The position numbers and the translations under genes were made by a program. The notes under the pieces are model-generated. The model made no database searches, was not told the DNA's origin, and was given only the letters and a program-made list of their open reading frames with translations. A stretch of DNA of 64,000 nt from Myxococcota bacterium (GTDB taxonomy: Bacteria; Myxococcota_A; UBA9160; UBA4427). Below, piece after piece: positions 8,526 through 18,300 of the stretch (position 1 is the stretch's first letter; each line of letters starts with the position of its first letter). Location of the stretch: assembly GCA_965250285.1 (NCBI GenBank), contig OZ252299.1, positions 544,001 to 608,000 of the forward strand. The letters run 5' to 3'.

Positions 8526-11400
8526 GCGAGTCGATCCCTTCGCGGGTCCTCAGCGCGTGCGCCAGCGCGGCGCGCAGGCGCATGATCGGTACGGGCTTGT
8601 TGAGGACGGTGAACCCCGTCGCCGACAGCTCGCTCAGTCGGGCCGTGTCGGTATTGCCGGTAACGAACACGAATGCGGGCAGCACCGCGCCATCTCGAGC
8701 CTCGATCTCGTCGGTGAACGCGTCGACGACATCCGTTCCCGACTCGAGCCCGAGCTGATCGTCGACGATCACGACGTCGGGCGCGTGCGCCGTGGCCTCG
8801 AGGCGGGCGAGCGCAGCTGCCCCGCTCTCGGCGGTGAAGACGTCGCACTGCCATGAGGAGAGCAGCGCTTCGAGCCCGTCGAGGATCGACGCCTCGTCAT
8901 CGACCACCCAGACCGCGGCGCCGGTGAGCTCGGAGGGCACGGTCGGTGTGGTCGCATCGCGGTGATCCGCGGGCCAGGCGGCCTCGGCCAGCGGCACGTC
9001 GATCCAGAACACGGAGCCTTCACCGACGGACGATTCGAGGCCGACCTCATGCCCGAGCAGGCGAGCGAGTCGGTCGACGATCGAGAGACCGAGGCCGAGA
9101 CCCTCGGGCGCCGCGTCCCCGGCGGCTTCGCGCGAACGTCCGCGGGTGAACTCGGCGAAGATGGCTTCGCGCTCTTCGGCGGCGATGCCGGGGCCCGTGT
9201 CGCGCACCTCGATGCGACCGACGGCGCCCCGTTCGACGAGCTCGATCCGAACACCGCCTTCGGTGGTGTAGCGGAGCGCGTTCTCGGCGAGGTTGCGCAC
9301 CATGCGACCGAGCAGCAGCGGATCGCTCTCGACCCAGGCATCGGTCGCGGGCGCTTCGAGCGTGAGCCCCCGCGAAGCGGCGACGGGCTCGAGCGAGGCG
9401 CGCAGCGAGTCGAGCATCGGGCCCAGCGCGAGCGGGCCGATCTTCGGCTCGACGACACCCCCGTCGAGCTTCGACACCTGCAGCACCGATTCGAACTGCT
9501 GTTGCAGCTCGTCGAGGCTGCGCTCCAGCTGCCCGACGAGCATGCGGCCCTTGGGTGTCAGCGTGTCGGCCGAGAGCGCACCGAGGTGCAGGCCGAAGCT
9601 GTGCAGCGGCTGCCGAAGGTCGTGGCTCGTCGCCGCGAGAAACTTCGAGCGCGCAATGTGGATCTCGCGCTCGGCCCGGTTCTCGATCGCGAGGTCGGCC
9701 GCCCGGATGCGCATCAACTCGACGGCGACGCGGCCCGCCACGCGTCCCAACTGCGCGAGCTCGTGGGGCGGAAAGACGTCTCCGTTCTCTTTGCGACCGA
9801 GCAGCACGATCCAGGCGGGCAGATCGGGGACGTGGATCGGCACGGCGATGGCGGCGCCGACGCGGTCGAGCCGGTCGCGCACGTCTGGGTCGAGGGCGCG
9901 GCGGCGCTGCAGGGGGGCGCCGCGCCGCTCGAGGCGCGTCGGTGCGTTCGTTTCGAGCAGCGCGCGCAGATCCTGTTCGTCGATGGCATCGGTGCCGGGC
10001 GTGCGCGCATCGAAGACCGGGCGGAGCGTGCCGGTGCTCGTCTCTGCGACGGCGCGGAGCCAGGCGGGTTGCATCGCTTCGTCGAGGCCCTCTTGGAGCG
10101 CCTCGGCGAGGGACGCTTCGGATTCACACGTCGCCATCCGCGCGAGGACCCCGTCGAGCTTCGACTGGAGGCGGGCCCGCGCGGGAAAGAACGCGGCGAA
10201 GAACCGGGGCTGGAGTCGGTGCGCCACCGGGAGGACGCCGAATGCCAGCGCGACCAACAGCCCGGCGTGCACGACCTCGGGCGCACGGTCGAGCCAGGGC
10301 GCGAGTTGCTCGGCGGCCGGCTTGGCGACGCCCAGCGCGACGAGCACGACCACGGCGATCGCCGCCGCGAAGGCGAGGCTCGCCGCGACGATGCGGTCGA
10401 GGTCGAATGCGCCGTAGCCGACGATGGCGATGATGAAGCAGATCGGGAACGCCAGGAACGCGAGGTTCAGCAGCGGCTGAAAGACGAAGGCGCTCGGCTC
10501 AACGAGCACGATCAGGCTCAGGCCGATCGTGGGTGCGAGGCCGACGCATACACCGAGGGCGATCCAGCGCACCTGGCGACGACCGGCTGCGCTCGCGACC
10601 GCGTAGTTGCGCACGATGATCAAGATCGCCGTCACCCCGAGGCCGATGTTGCCGATCATCGAGATCGGAAGACCGATCGTCGCGGGGAACGGAAACCCGA
10701 TGATCGCGCTCGGGTAGGCGACGCCGCTCACGAGGAAGATCCAGGGCCAGACGCGCGACCAGCGGGAGAGCGGCGCATGGTCGGAGGGGATCTGCTGCAG
10801 CGCACGAATCGAGAGCGGACCGAGGAGGATGCCTCCGCCGACGAACGAAGCGAGGCCGAGTGCCGAGATCGTGGGGGAGGGCGAGTCGAACTGCATCATG
10901 TGGGCACCGAACGCGAGGCAAGCAAAGAAGAACGCGCGCGCGTGCGCTGCGCCGGCCGCGCCGACGAATGCGAGCACCCCGGCCAGGCCGAACGTGAGCG
11001 GGAGCAACACCGTGAGCCAGCCGCCGGCCCAATGGGGCTCGACGACGACGTGCATGCGCTCGCCGTCCCGGATCAGCGTCGTGGGCACGCGTCGTCCCGC
11101 ATCCGGTGCGGCGGCCGCAATGACGAGGCTCCGCCAGACGCTCGCGCCTCGGAGCGAGGTACCCGACATCTCGACGAGCACGTCGCCGGGCTCGAGCCCC
11201 GGCGCGAGGCGCCCCATCTGCGTGGCCGATTCGGGGATGACGGGATAGCCGTCGGGCGAAGGCGCGGCCTGCACCTGCACGTACTGCGGCTGCAGGTGTC
11301 CGCGCGCGTGCTCGTAGCAGAAGAGCACGAAGCCGGCGGCGTAGAGGCTGCCCAGCACGACGAGCAGCGCGCGATCGCGGGGCTTCATCTTCTTCCACAT
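8503..11400 (-). CDS. hybrid sensor histidine kinase (PDZ-like N-terminus, multi-TM, GAF-like, HisKA/HATPase, receiver)
   Basis: SHDLRQPL H-box, NLAENALRYT, DTGPGI, GLGLGL, C-terminal VVDDE...IVDD...KP receiver; GLEPGDVLVEM PDZ-like stretch. Confidence 0.9.
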   Translation of the reverse strand: MWKKMKPRDRALLVVLGSLYAAGFVLFCYEHARGHLQPQYVQVQAAPSPDGYPVIPESATQMGRLAPGLEPGDVLVEMSGTSLRGASVWRSLVIAAAAPDAGRRVPTTLIRDGERMHVVVEPHWAGGWLTVLLPLTFGLAGVLAFVGAAGAAHARAFFFACLAFGAHMMQFDSPSPTISALGLASFVGGGILLGPLSIRALQQIPSDHAPLSRWSRVWPWIFLVSGVAYPSAIIGFPFPATIGLPISMIGNIGLGVTAILIIVRNYAVASAAGRRQVRWIALGVCVGLAPTIGLSLIVLVEPSAFVFQPLLNLAFLAFPICFIIAIVGYGAFDLDRIVAASLAFAAAIAVVVLVALGVAKPAAEQLAPWLDRAPEVVHAGLLVALAFGVLPVAHRLQPRFFAAFFPARARLQSKLDGVLARMATCESEASLAEALQEGLDEAMQPAWLRAVAETSTGTLRPVFDARTPGTDAIDEQDLRALLETNAPTRLERRGAPLQRRRALDPDVRDRLDRVGAAIAVPIHVPDLPAWIVLLGRKENGDVFPPHELAQLGRVAGRVAVELMRIRAADLAIENRAEREIHIARSKFLAATSHDLRQPLHSFGLHLGALSADTLTPKGRMLVGQLERSLDELQQQFESVLQVSKLDGGVVEPKIGPLALGPMLDSLRASLEPVAASRGLTLEAPATDAWVESDPLLLGRMVRNLAENALRYTTEGGVRIELVERGAVGRIEVRDTGPGIAAEEREAIFAEFTRGRSREAAGDAAPEGLGLGLSIVDRLARLLGHEVGLESSVGEGSVFWIDVPLAEAAWPADHRDATTPTVPSELTGAAVWVVDDEASILDGLEALLSSWQCDVFTAESGAAALARLEATAHAPDVVIVDDQLGLESGTDVVDAFTDEIEARDGAVLPAFVFVTGNTDTARLSELSATGFTVLNKPVPIMRLRAALAHALRTREGIDSLSSPVRA

Positions 11401-11436
11401 GCGGGCATTCTCGCTCGCGAAGACGGGGCCCGTCGA

Positions 11437-11452
11437 TAGGCCCATCGGTCTA
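11437..11452. promoter_or_regulatory. putative response-regulator binding palindrome TAGGCC-N4-GGTCTA
   Basis: Imperfect inverted repeat between the divergent kinase and regulator; related copies at 12260-12275 and 12283-12298. Confidence 0.5.
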
Positions 11453-11505
11453 GACCGCGGATCGGCGCAAAGTGGGCGTGCTTGTAAACGCCCGGAAACT
11501 AAGGG

Positions 11506-12207
11506 ATGCTGGCACGCGATGGCGGCGCACCGCACTTGAACATCCTCTGCTGTGACGATCACGATCTGTTTCGAGATGGGCTGAGGGCAGTGCTCGAAGG
11601 GCTCTCGAGCGAGCACCGGCTGATCGACGCGCGCAGCGCCGAAGAGGCCCGTTCGGTGCTGAGGGCGCACCCCGAGGTCGATCTCGTGCTGCTCGACCTC
11701 GGGCTCCCCGACGCCGATGGACTCGATTTTCTCAACGAGCTGCGCGAGCACCACGCCACCGTCGCGGTCGCGGTGGTGTCCGGGCGCGAGACGCCCGACG
11801 CCGCCCAGGCCGCGCTCTCGCGGGGTGCGGTCGGCTTCATCCCGAAGTCTTCGGATCGCGCGCTGCTCTCGCGCGCGCTCGATCTGATCTTTGCCGGGGG
11901 GCGATACGCGCCGCCCGAGCTGTTGGCGGCGGTGCCTGCGCCGAGCGCGGCCCAGCCGAGCGCCGTCGTATCCTCAGATGGTGCCCCCGCCGCGGGGACC
12001 GATGGCTGGGCGCTCAGCGAGCGGCAGCGCCAGGTGCTCGAGCTGCTCGCGAAGGGGCTGACCAACCCCGAGATCGGCGACGTGCTCGGTATTCGGCTCG
12101 GCACGGTGAAGGTGCACGTCGCGCGCATCTTCGAGGTGCTCGACGTCTCGAATCGGGCCGAGGCCGTGCGCGTCTTCACCGAACGCGAGCACGAAGACCA
12201 GGCCTGA
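11506..12207 (+). CDS. NarL/LuxR-family response regulator (true start may be TTG 11536)
   Basis: DDHDLFRDGL, LLDLGLPD, GFIPKS receiver; LSERQRQVL...GLTNPEIG...TVKVHV LuxR HTH. Confidence 0.92.
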   Translation: MLARDGGAPHLNILCCDDHDLFRDGLRAVLEGLSSEHRLIDARSAEEARSVLRAHPEVDLVLLDLGLPDADGLDFLNELREHHATVAVAVVSGRETPDAAQAALSRGAVGFIPKSSDRALLSRALDLIFAGGRYAPPELLAAVPAPSAAQPSAVVSSDGAPAAGTDGWALSERQRQVLELLAKGLTNPEIGDVLGIRLGTVKVHVARIFEVLDVSNRAEAVRVFTEREHEDQA

Positions 12208-12259
12208 TCCGGCCGCACGCGCTCCCGCGCACTGCACTTGACTGCGGTCTTCTCGTCAA

Positions 12260-12326
12260 TCGACCGCCCGGCCGAGTCAGCCTAGACCGCCCGGTCGATT
12301 CGCGCGGCCGCACGCGTCCATACGAT
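12260..12326 (+). promoter_or_regulatory. tandem TMGACC-N4-GGYCGA sites plus TACGAT -10 element upstream of the lipoprotein operon
   Basis: TCGACC-GCCC-GGCCGA (12260-12275), TAGACC-GCCC-GGTCGA (12283-12298), TACGAT (12321-12326). Confidence 0.5.
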
Positions 12327-12387
12327 GCCTTCGTCGATCACGAGCGACGCCATGACGGCGACGCCCCCATCGGACGAGGAGCACGAG

Positions 12388-12852
12388 ATGAGCCGACGAG
12401 ACGATCTTCGAACCGCGAACGCGCCGCGCATCGCACGCGCGTGCGGCCTGGCCGCCGCCGGGCTGACCGCGGCGTTCGGGCTCGGCTGCAACGAGAGCGG
12501 ATCGTGCGCCGGCCCCGGCGCACTCGACGGGACCTACGTGTCGAGTGACCCCGCCGCCACGATGACCGTGCTCGAGTGTGACGGCGAGGTCAGCGGATCA
12601 CTGGTGCTGGGGGGCGTGACGTACGACGTCGAGGGGACGCGCACGGACGACGCGTTCACGTGGTCGACGAACGGGGTCGACCTCTGCGACGGCCCGGGCG
12701 TGCGCCGCAGTGCGGCCTCCGACCCGCCGGATCACTACGTCGTCGATACCGAAGGGGACGCCTTCACGGGCGCCTTCAATCTCTTCGAATCGAACTGCCG
12801 CACGGGTCGCGGGTTTCGGCGCGGGTTCACTTCGACGTTCGAGCGCCTGTGA
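12388..12852 (+). CDS. hypothetical lipoprotein
   Basis: GAGGAG RBS; hydrophobic signal ending FGLGC; beta-rich mature part. Confidence 0.6.
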   Translation: MSRRDDLRTANAPRIARACGLAAAGLTAAFGLGCNESGSCAGPGALDGTYVSSDPAATMTVLECDGEVSGSLVLGGVTYDVEGTRTDDAFTWSTNGVDLCDGPGVRRSAASDPPDHYVVDTEGDAFTGAFNLFESNCRTGRGFRRGFTSTFERL

Positions 12853-13718
12853 TGACGACCCGACCGACGATGAAGAAGGCGATCGGCGCATTCGAACCCG
12901 GCCGGCGAGGGCGGAGCGCCATTCGGGCGAGCCTCGTGTGGGGGCTGGGCTTCGCGATGGGGATGGGCGCACTCTCGCTCGGAGGCTCGGCCGCGGACGA
13001 GTCGCTGCCCGCATCGCAGGCGCGCCCGACCCGAGCCGCGCCGGCGGCGGTCGTCGCGCGAGCCTCTACGCCTGGCGAGGCGTGCCGAGAAGATGAGGCA
13101 GCCTGGGATGCGGTGCTCGACGGCGTCGGCGCCCACCTCGAGCTCGCGGCCCAGGTCGCTCGCCTCGAGTCGGCGCTCGCGGCCCTGCGCATGGGTGCGA
13201 TCGATGGCCCGAGCTTCGTTCGGGCCGCAGTGCATGCCATGCCCGAAGACGAGATTCGCGCCGTGCTGGCGGCGACGACCCGGGTCGATCCGGCACGGCT
13301 CGCAGCGATCGAAGACGTGCAGGCGTACGCGATCCGCGTCGCCGACATTGCGATGGAGGGTCTGCTGCGAGACGGCGTCGAGCCGAGCGATGTGGGCGAC
13401 GTGATTTTCAGTGCCGCGCAGGAAGGCCGCCGCGCCGACTGGTCCACCGCCGAGTCGTTCGATCGCGGCGAGGCGCGCCTCTACGCCTTCTTCGATACGA
13501 CGGGCTGGAAGAGCGGTGACGTCATGGTGCGTTGGCGGCACGAATCGACGGGCGAGGTGCTGCTGCTCGAAGAGCACCGCGTGCGCGCGGGCACTTCACG
13601 TGGCTTCGTGTGGACCCGCCCCAGCCGGGGCTGGCGACCCGGGTCGTACCGCGTCGACGTGTACCGAAGCGACGAGTCGCTCGGCCATCTCGCTTCGGGC
13701 CGCTACGACGTCCGTTAG
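12852..13718 (+). CDS. hypothetical exported protein with C-terminal Ig-like beta-sandwich
   Basis: TGATG overlap with upstream stop; N-terminal hydrophobic segment; C-terminal LYAFF...VRWRH...WRPGSYRVDVY pattern. Confidence 0.6.
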   Translation: MTTRPTMKKAIGAFEPGRRGRSAIRASLVWGLGFAMGMGALSLGGSAADESLPASQARPTRAAPAAVVARASTPGEACREDEAAWDAVLDGVGAHLELAAQVARLESALAALRMGAIDGPSFVRAAVHAMPEDEIRAVLAATTRVDPARLAAIEDVQAYAIRVADIAMEGLLRDGVEPSDVGDVIFSAAQEGRRADWSTAESFDRGEARLYAFFDTTGWKSGDVMVRWRHESTGEVLLLEEHRVRAGTSRGFVWTRPSRGWRPGSYRVDVYRSDESLGHLASGRYDVR

Positions 13719-14170
13719 CGGGCCGCCCGTCTGGTGGATCGCGTGAGGGCTTCGAGCCGGGCGACGAGGTCGTTCGGCAACGCGTGTTCTCGCGCGCCGG
13801 CCAGCAGGTGCCCGACGTACTCGGGCGAGGGGGCCTGAATGACCGGCGGGCGGGTGTAGAGATAGGTCCACGCGGTGAGCGGCGCGCGTCCGGCCAGCTG
13901 GATGCCCAGCCGCGCGCGCTCGTAGCCCGGTTCGAACCCGTCGAGCACGATCATCGACTCGGCCGCGATCTCCCACACGACGCCGTCGACGCGGCTGCCC
14001 GGCGACGGCCGGACGTTGGCCTTGCCCGTGCCATCCCGCCCGGGTTTGTCGAATGCGAGCGCATACGCGTCGAGCCGGCCGGGCCCGATCGCCCGCACGT
14101 CGGCCACCCGCGCGGCGAGTCGCGGCGTGCTCATGTTCGAGCCGTAGGCGAAGTAGTAGGCGGTTTCGAT
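13715..14170 (-). CDS. gamma-glutamylcyclotransferase (AIG2/GGCT-like) family; start uncertain, probably non-canonical
   Basis: YYFAYGSNM motif read in frame upstream of the annotated ATG 14134; GKANV, VDGVVW, LDGFEPGY, PSPEY. Confidence 0.78.
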   Translation of the reverse strand: METAYYFAYGSNMSTPRLAARVADVRAIGPGRLDAYALAFDKPGRDGTGKANVRPSPGSRVDGVVWEIAAESMIVLDGFEPGYERARLGIQLAGRAPLTAWTYLYTRPPVIQAPSPEYVGHLLAGAREHALPNDLVARLEALTRSTRRAAR

Positions 14171-14216
14171 CTTCGTTTCGAAGCGCCGTGATCCGGTGGC
14201 GCGTCGGGACGCCTTG

Positions 14217-14696
14217 TCAGTCGTCGTCGCCGTAGATCTGCTCGGCGAGGTAGTTCTCCTTGCCGAGCTCCTTGATCTGGTGGAGCTGCGCCTCGTGCCA
14301 GTCGATCGACTCTTCCTCTTCTGTGAGGATGTGCTCGAGCAGATCGCGCGTGCCGTTGTCGTGCTTCTCGCGCGCGAGTGCGATGCCCTTGTTGAGCCGG
14401 TCGACGGCCTCGACCTCCAGCGCGAGATCGAGCTTGTGCTGCTCGACGGGATCCTCGCCCACGTGCACCTGGCTGAGTCGCTGCATGTTCGGCACGCCGT
14501 CGAAGAAGAGGATGCGGGCGATCACCTTGTCGGCGTGCTTCATCTCCTCGATCGACTCTTCGTACTTCTTGTGCGCGAGCTTCTGGTAGCCCCAGTTGTC
14601 ACACATCTTGTGATGGATGAAGTACTGGTTGATCGCCGTGAGTTCGGCGGTCAGCACGTCGTTGAGTGCCTCGATGATTTCAGCGTCGCCCTGCAT
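14217..14696 (-). CDS. bfr: bacterioferritin
   Basis: MQGDAEIIEALN...ELTAINQYFIH, EEMKHAD, EEEESIDW ferroxidase pattern; GGAG RBS. Confidence 0.95.
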   Translation of the reverse strand: MQGDAEIIEALNDVLTAELTAINQYFIHHKMCDNWGYQKLAHKKYEESIEEMKHADKVIARILFFDGVPNMQRLSQVHVGEDPVEQHKLDLALEVEAVDRLNKGIALAREKHDNGTRDLLEHILTEEEESIDWHEAQLHQIKELGKENYLAEQIYGDDD

Positions 14697-14916
14697 GTCG
14701 ATTCTCCGGACTCTGTACGCGCGTTGGGTTCGAACGCAGCGGAGCATATCCGCCCGTCTCGGCACGTCGACCTAGATGAAATCGAAAACGGATGTCGATC
14801 CGCGGGCCGAAACCGAAACCGACGCCGACAAGACCGTGCACTGCGCGCGCGTGCACGCGTGGGAATCGGGGCTGGGTAGAGCGAGTGGGGGCGGGCCGCG
14901 CGTCGCGGCCCGAGGC

Positions 14917-15132
14917 TCAGGCCGGCGGCGTGCTCGTGACGTCGATGCGGGTCACGTGGGGCTCACGCTGGGCCATCTCGGCGTTGAGGATTCGCTGGAT
15001 CCCCTGCTGGCAGCCGCCGCAGCCTGCGCCCGCGCCGCAGCTGCTCGCGACTTCTCCAGTCGTCGAAGCGCCTTCGCGGATCGAGCGTCGGATCTGGCGA
15101 TCGGAGACACCGTTGCAGTGGCAGACGAGCAT
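14917..15132 (-). CDS. bfd: bacterioferritin-associated [2Fe-2S] ferredoxin
   Basis: MLVCHCNGVSD...CGAGAGCGGC; directly upstream of bfr. Confidence 0.9.
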   Translation of the reverse strand: MLVCHCNGVSDRQIRRSIREGASTTGEVASSCGAGAGCGGCQQGIQRILNAEMAQREPHVTRIDVTSTPPA

Positions 15133-15220
15133 GGGGCCTGGATCCTCGTTCGAGTCGCCCTCGGCGGGCGCGTGCAGGGTCGGGTGGGTCGGTCCCGACA
15201 CGCCCACAGAATAGACGGGC

Positions 15221-15245
15221 GAAAATGAAAATCAATGTCATTTTC
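15221..15245. promoter_or_regulatory. Fur box (extended/overlapping) at the bfd promoter
   Basis: GAAAATGAAAATCAATGTC matches GATAATGATAATCATTATC at 15/19; flanks GAAAATGA...TCATTTTC are a perfect inverted repeat; AT-rich island overlapping a minus-strand TTGATT-16-TATTCT promoter. Confidence 0.8.
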
Positions 15246-15289
15246 AAGGATCGGCCAAATCGAAGTCTGACTCGAGTCGCGGTCAGCGA

Positions 15290-15318
15290 TTGAAAAACCC
15301 TTTCCGGGTCAATATGTT
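15290..15318 (+). promoter_or_regulatory. sigma70-type promoter of recCBD
   Basis: TTGAAA-17 bp-TATGTT, about 60 bp before the recC ATG. Confidence 0.65.
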
Positions 15319-15381
15319 GGGCGCTCCATCGCCGGTCGGCCGCGTTGCCCCCCAGGGTGTGCGCCCCGCCGGCTCACCTGG

Positions 15382-18300
15382 ATGACCGTGCCCCTCGCCC
15401 CTGGCTTCCATCTGCATCGCAGCAACCGGACCGAGCAGCTCCTCGCGCGGTTGGTCGACGTCGTCTCGCGCCCGGCGAGCGACGATCCGCTCGCGAGCGA
15501 GTGCATCGTCGTGCAGGGGCAGGGCATGGGTCGCTGGCTTTCGATGTCGCTCAGCGAGCAGCTCGGCGTGTGGGCGCGGCCCGCGTTTCCCTTCCTGCGG
15601 CGCCTGCTCGACGACTGTGCCGACCGCGTCCTCGGTGCATCGCCCGCCCCGTCCTTCTTCGAGCCCGATACGCAGATTCTCGCCATCGCCGATCTGTTGG
15701 AGGCGTTCGCCGACGATCCCGACTTCGCACCGGTGTCGGGCTACCTCGGCGAAGACCCGGGCGGGCGCCGACGCGTGCAGCTCGCCGAGCGTGTCGCCCA
15801 GACCTTCGATCTCTACACCGTGCATCGCCCCGACCTGCTCGCCGGGTGGGGCGAAGGCGGCTCGAGCGGACCGGGCGGTGTCGAACACCGCGACGCCCGT
15901 TGGCAGGCCCGCTTGTGGCGCGCCCTCGCCGAGCGCGCGGCCGGACCGCCGCCCGAGGTGCGGTGGCGCCGGCTGGCCGAAGCCCTGCGTACGGGCGCAC
16001 CCGCGCTGGGCGGACTCCCGCCCCGCATCTCGATCTTCGGGCTCTCGTCGATCCCGCCGGTGGCCATCGACGTGCTCGACGCCCTCGCGCGCCACGTGCC
16101 GGTTCACCTCTTCGTGCTGAGTCCGACGCGCGAGTTCTGGGCCGATCTGAAGACGAAGAAGGCGCTGTGGCGCGAGGGCATCGCGTCGGGTGGCGCGCTG
16201 GTGCGCAGCGAGGCCGAGGCCGACGTGCTCGAAGGGCATCCGCTGCTCGCGTCGTTCGGGCGCCTGGGCCGCGACTTTCAGACCGTGCTCGAGTCTCAGG
16301 TCGACTACGACGAAGGGGAGGACGACCTCTTCGTCGACCCCGAGACCGACCCCGAGACCGACCCCGACCCCGAGACCGAGCGCAGCGCGGTGCTCGGCCG
16401 CCTGCAGGCACACATGCTGCGCCTCGAATCACCGCACCCGACCGACGTGGGCGAGATCTCGGCGGCCCGCGACGACTCGGTGCGCGTGCACGTCACGCAC
16501 TCGCCGCTGCGCGAGATCGAGGTGCTGAACGACCAGCTGCTTCACCTGTTCGAGGCCGACCCCACGCTCGAGCCGAAGGACGTGATCGTGATGTCACCCG
16601 ACATCGAGCGACATGCCCCGCTGATCGAAGCGGTCTTCGCGGCGCGCAACGCGGGCAGTGCGCCACGCATCCCGCACCGCATCGCCGATCGCAGCATCGT
16701 CGTGACGCGCGAGGGCGTCGCGGCGTTTCTGCGGCTGCTCGAGCTGGCCGAGGGGCGCTGCGGCGCATCGGAGGTGCTCGACGTGCTCGCGCTCGAGAGC
16801 GTGCGCGAGCGGTACGGCTTGTCGGCCGCGGATGTGACCCGACTCGAGGCCTGGATCGTCGCAGCCGGCGTGCGTTGGGGGATCGACGGGGCCCACCGCG
16901 TCGACGAGGGGCTCCCCGACGACGACACCCACACGTGGCGATTCGGGCTCGATCGTCTGCTGCTCGGCGCGGCGATGGATCCGCGTGGCGACGAGCTGTG
17001 GGCCGAGCGGCGGCCGCTGGCCGATCTCGAAGGCGACGATCTGCGGGCGGTCGGGGCGCTCGCGCGCTTCGTCGAAGATCTCGCGTGGGCGCGGGCGCGG
17101 CTGCTCGAGACGCGGCCGCTCTCTGCGTGGCGGAGCGTCTTCGCCGAGCTCGTCGATCGGTGCATCGTGCGCAGCGACGACAACGCCCATCATCATCAGG
17201 TGCTGCGCGACTGCTTCACGTCGCTCGCCGAGCGCAGCGAAGTGGCGGGCTTCGACGGGGCGATCGGGCTGGCGGCTGCGCGGCACCTCGCGCTGCGCAC
17301 GCTCCGCGCTTCGACGCCTGCCTACGGGTTCCTGTCGGGGGGCGTCACGTTCTGCGAGATGGTGCCGATGCGCAGCATCCCGTTTCGCGTCGTCTGTCTG
17401 ATCGGTCTCGACGACGGCACCTTCCCGCGTGTGCGTCGACCGCTCGGCTTCGATCTCTCGGCCCTGCAGCCGCGGGTCGGTGATCGCTCGCCGCGGGACG
17501 ACGATCGCGCGCTCTTCCTCGAGGCGATCCTGTCGGCGCGCGACAAGCTCTTGCTGAGCTACGTCGGGCGCGACATCCACGACAACGAGTCGCGGCCGCC
17601 GAGCATCGTGGTGTCCGAGCTGCTCGACGTCCTCGCACGCGAGGTCGGCACGAAGGTCGACGACCTGGGACCCGCTGGCTGGGTCGTCGAGCACCCGCTC
17701 AAGTCGTTCTCGCCGAGCTACTTCGACCCGGGGCGCCCGCCCGGGCTCTTCAGCTTCGACGCGGTCGGGCTCGCGGGCGCCCGAGCCCTCGCGGCTCCGC
17801 CCCGCGCGCCGACGCCCTTTCTGTCGCCGAGCCTGTCGATCGAGCGCACGGCCGACGTCGACGTGCTCGAACTCTCGACGTTGGCCAGGACGCTGCGACG
17901 GGCCGCTCGCAGCGTCTTGCGTGAGGCGCTCGAGATTCGGGTCGACGAAGGCGAGACGCCCGAGCGCGACCGCGAGCCGAGCGATCTGCGGGGGCTCGCA
18001 CGCTGGTCGCTCGGCGATGCCGTGCTGCGTCGCTCGATCGCGGGCGATCCGCCCGACGAGGCCTATTTCGACGTGTGCGTCGCCGAGGGGCGCTTGCCGC
18101 CCGGTGAGCTGGGCCGCGCGCTCTACAATGAAGTCGCGGGTGAGGCGCTCGAGCTCGCGTCGCTCGTCGACGACGAAGCCGCGCGCGAAGTCGACCTCGA
18201 TCTCGAGATCGCGGGCGTCCGACTCGTCGGCCGACTCGGCGGGGTGCATGCCGGCGGGCGCGTCCGTGCCACGTTCTCCCGGCTCGGCGGCAGCGGTGAT

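Noticed and set aside
11519..11539. Six-codon ORF (MAAHRT) overlapping the possible TTG start of the response regulator
   Set aside because: Too short to distinguish from chance; no RBS support
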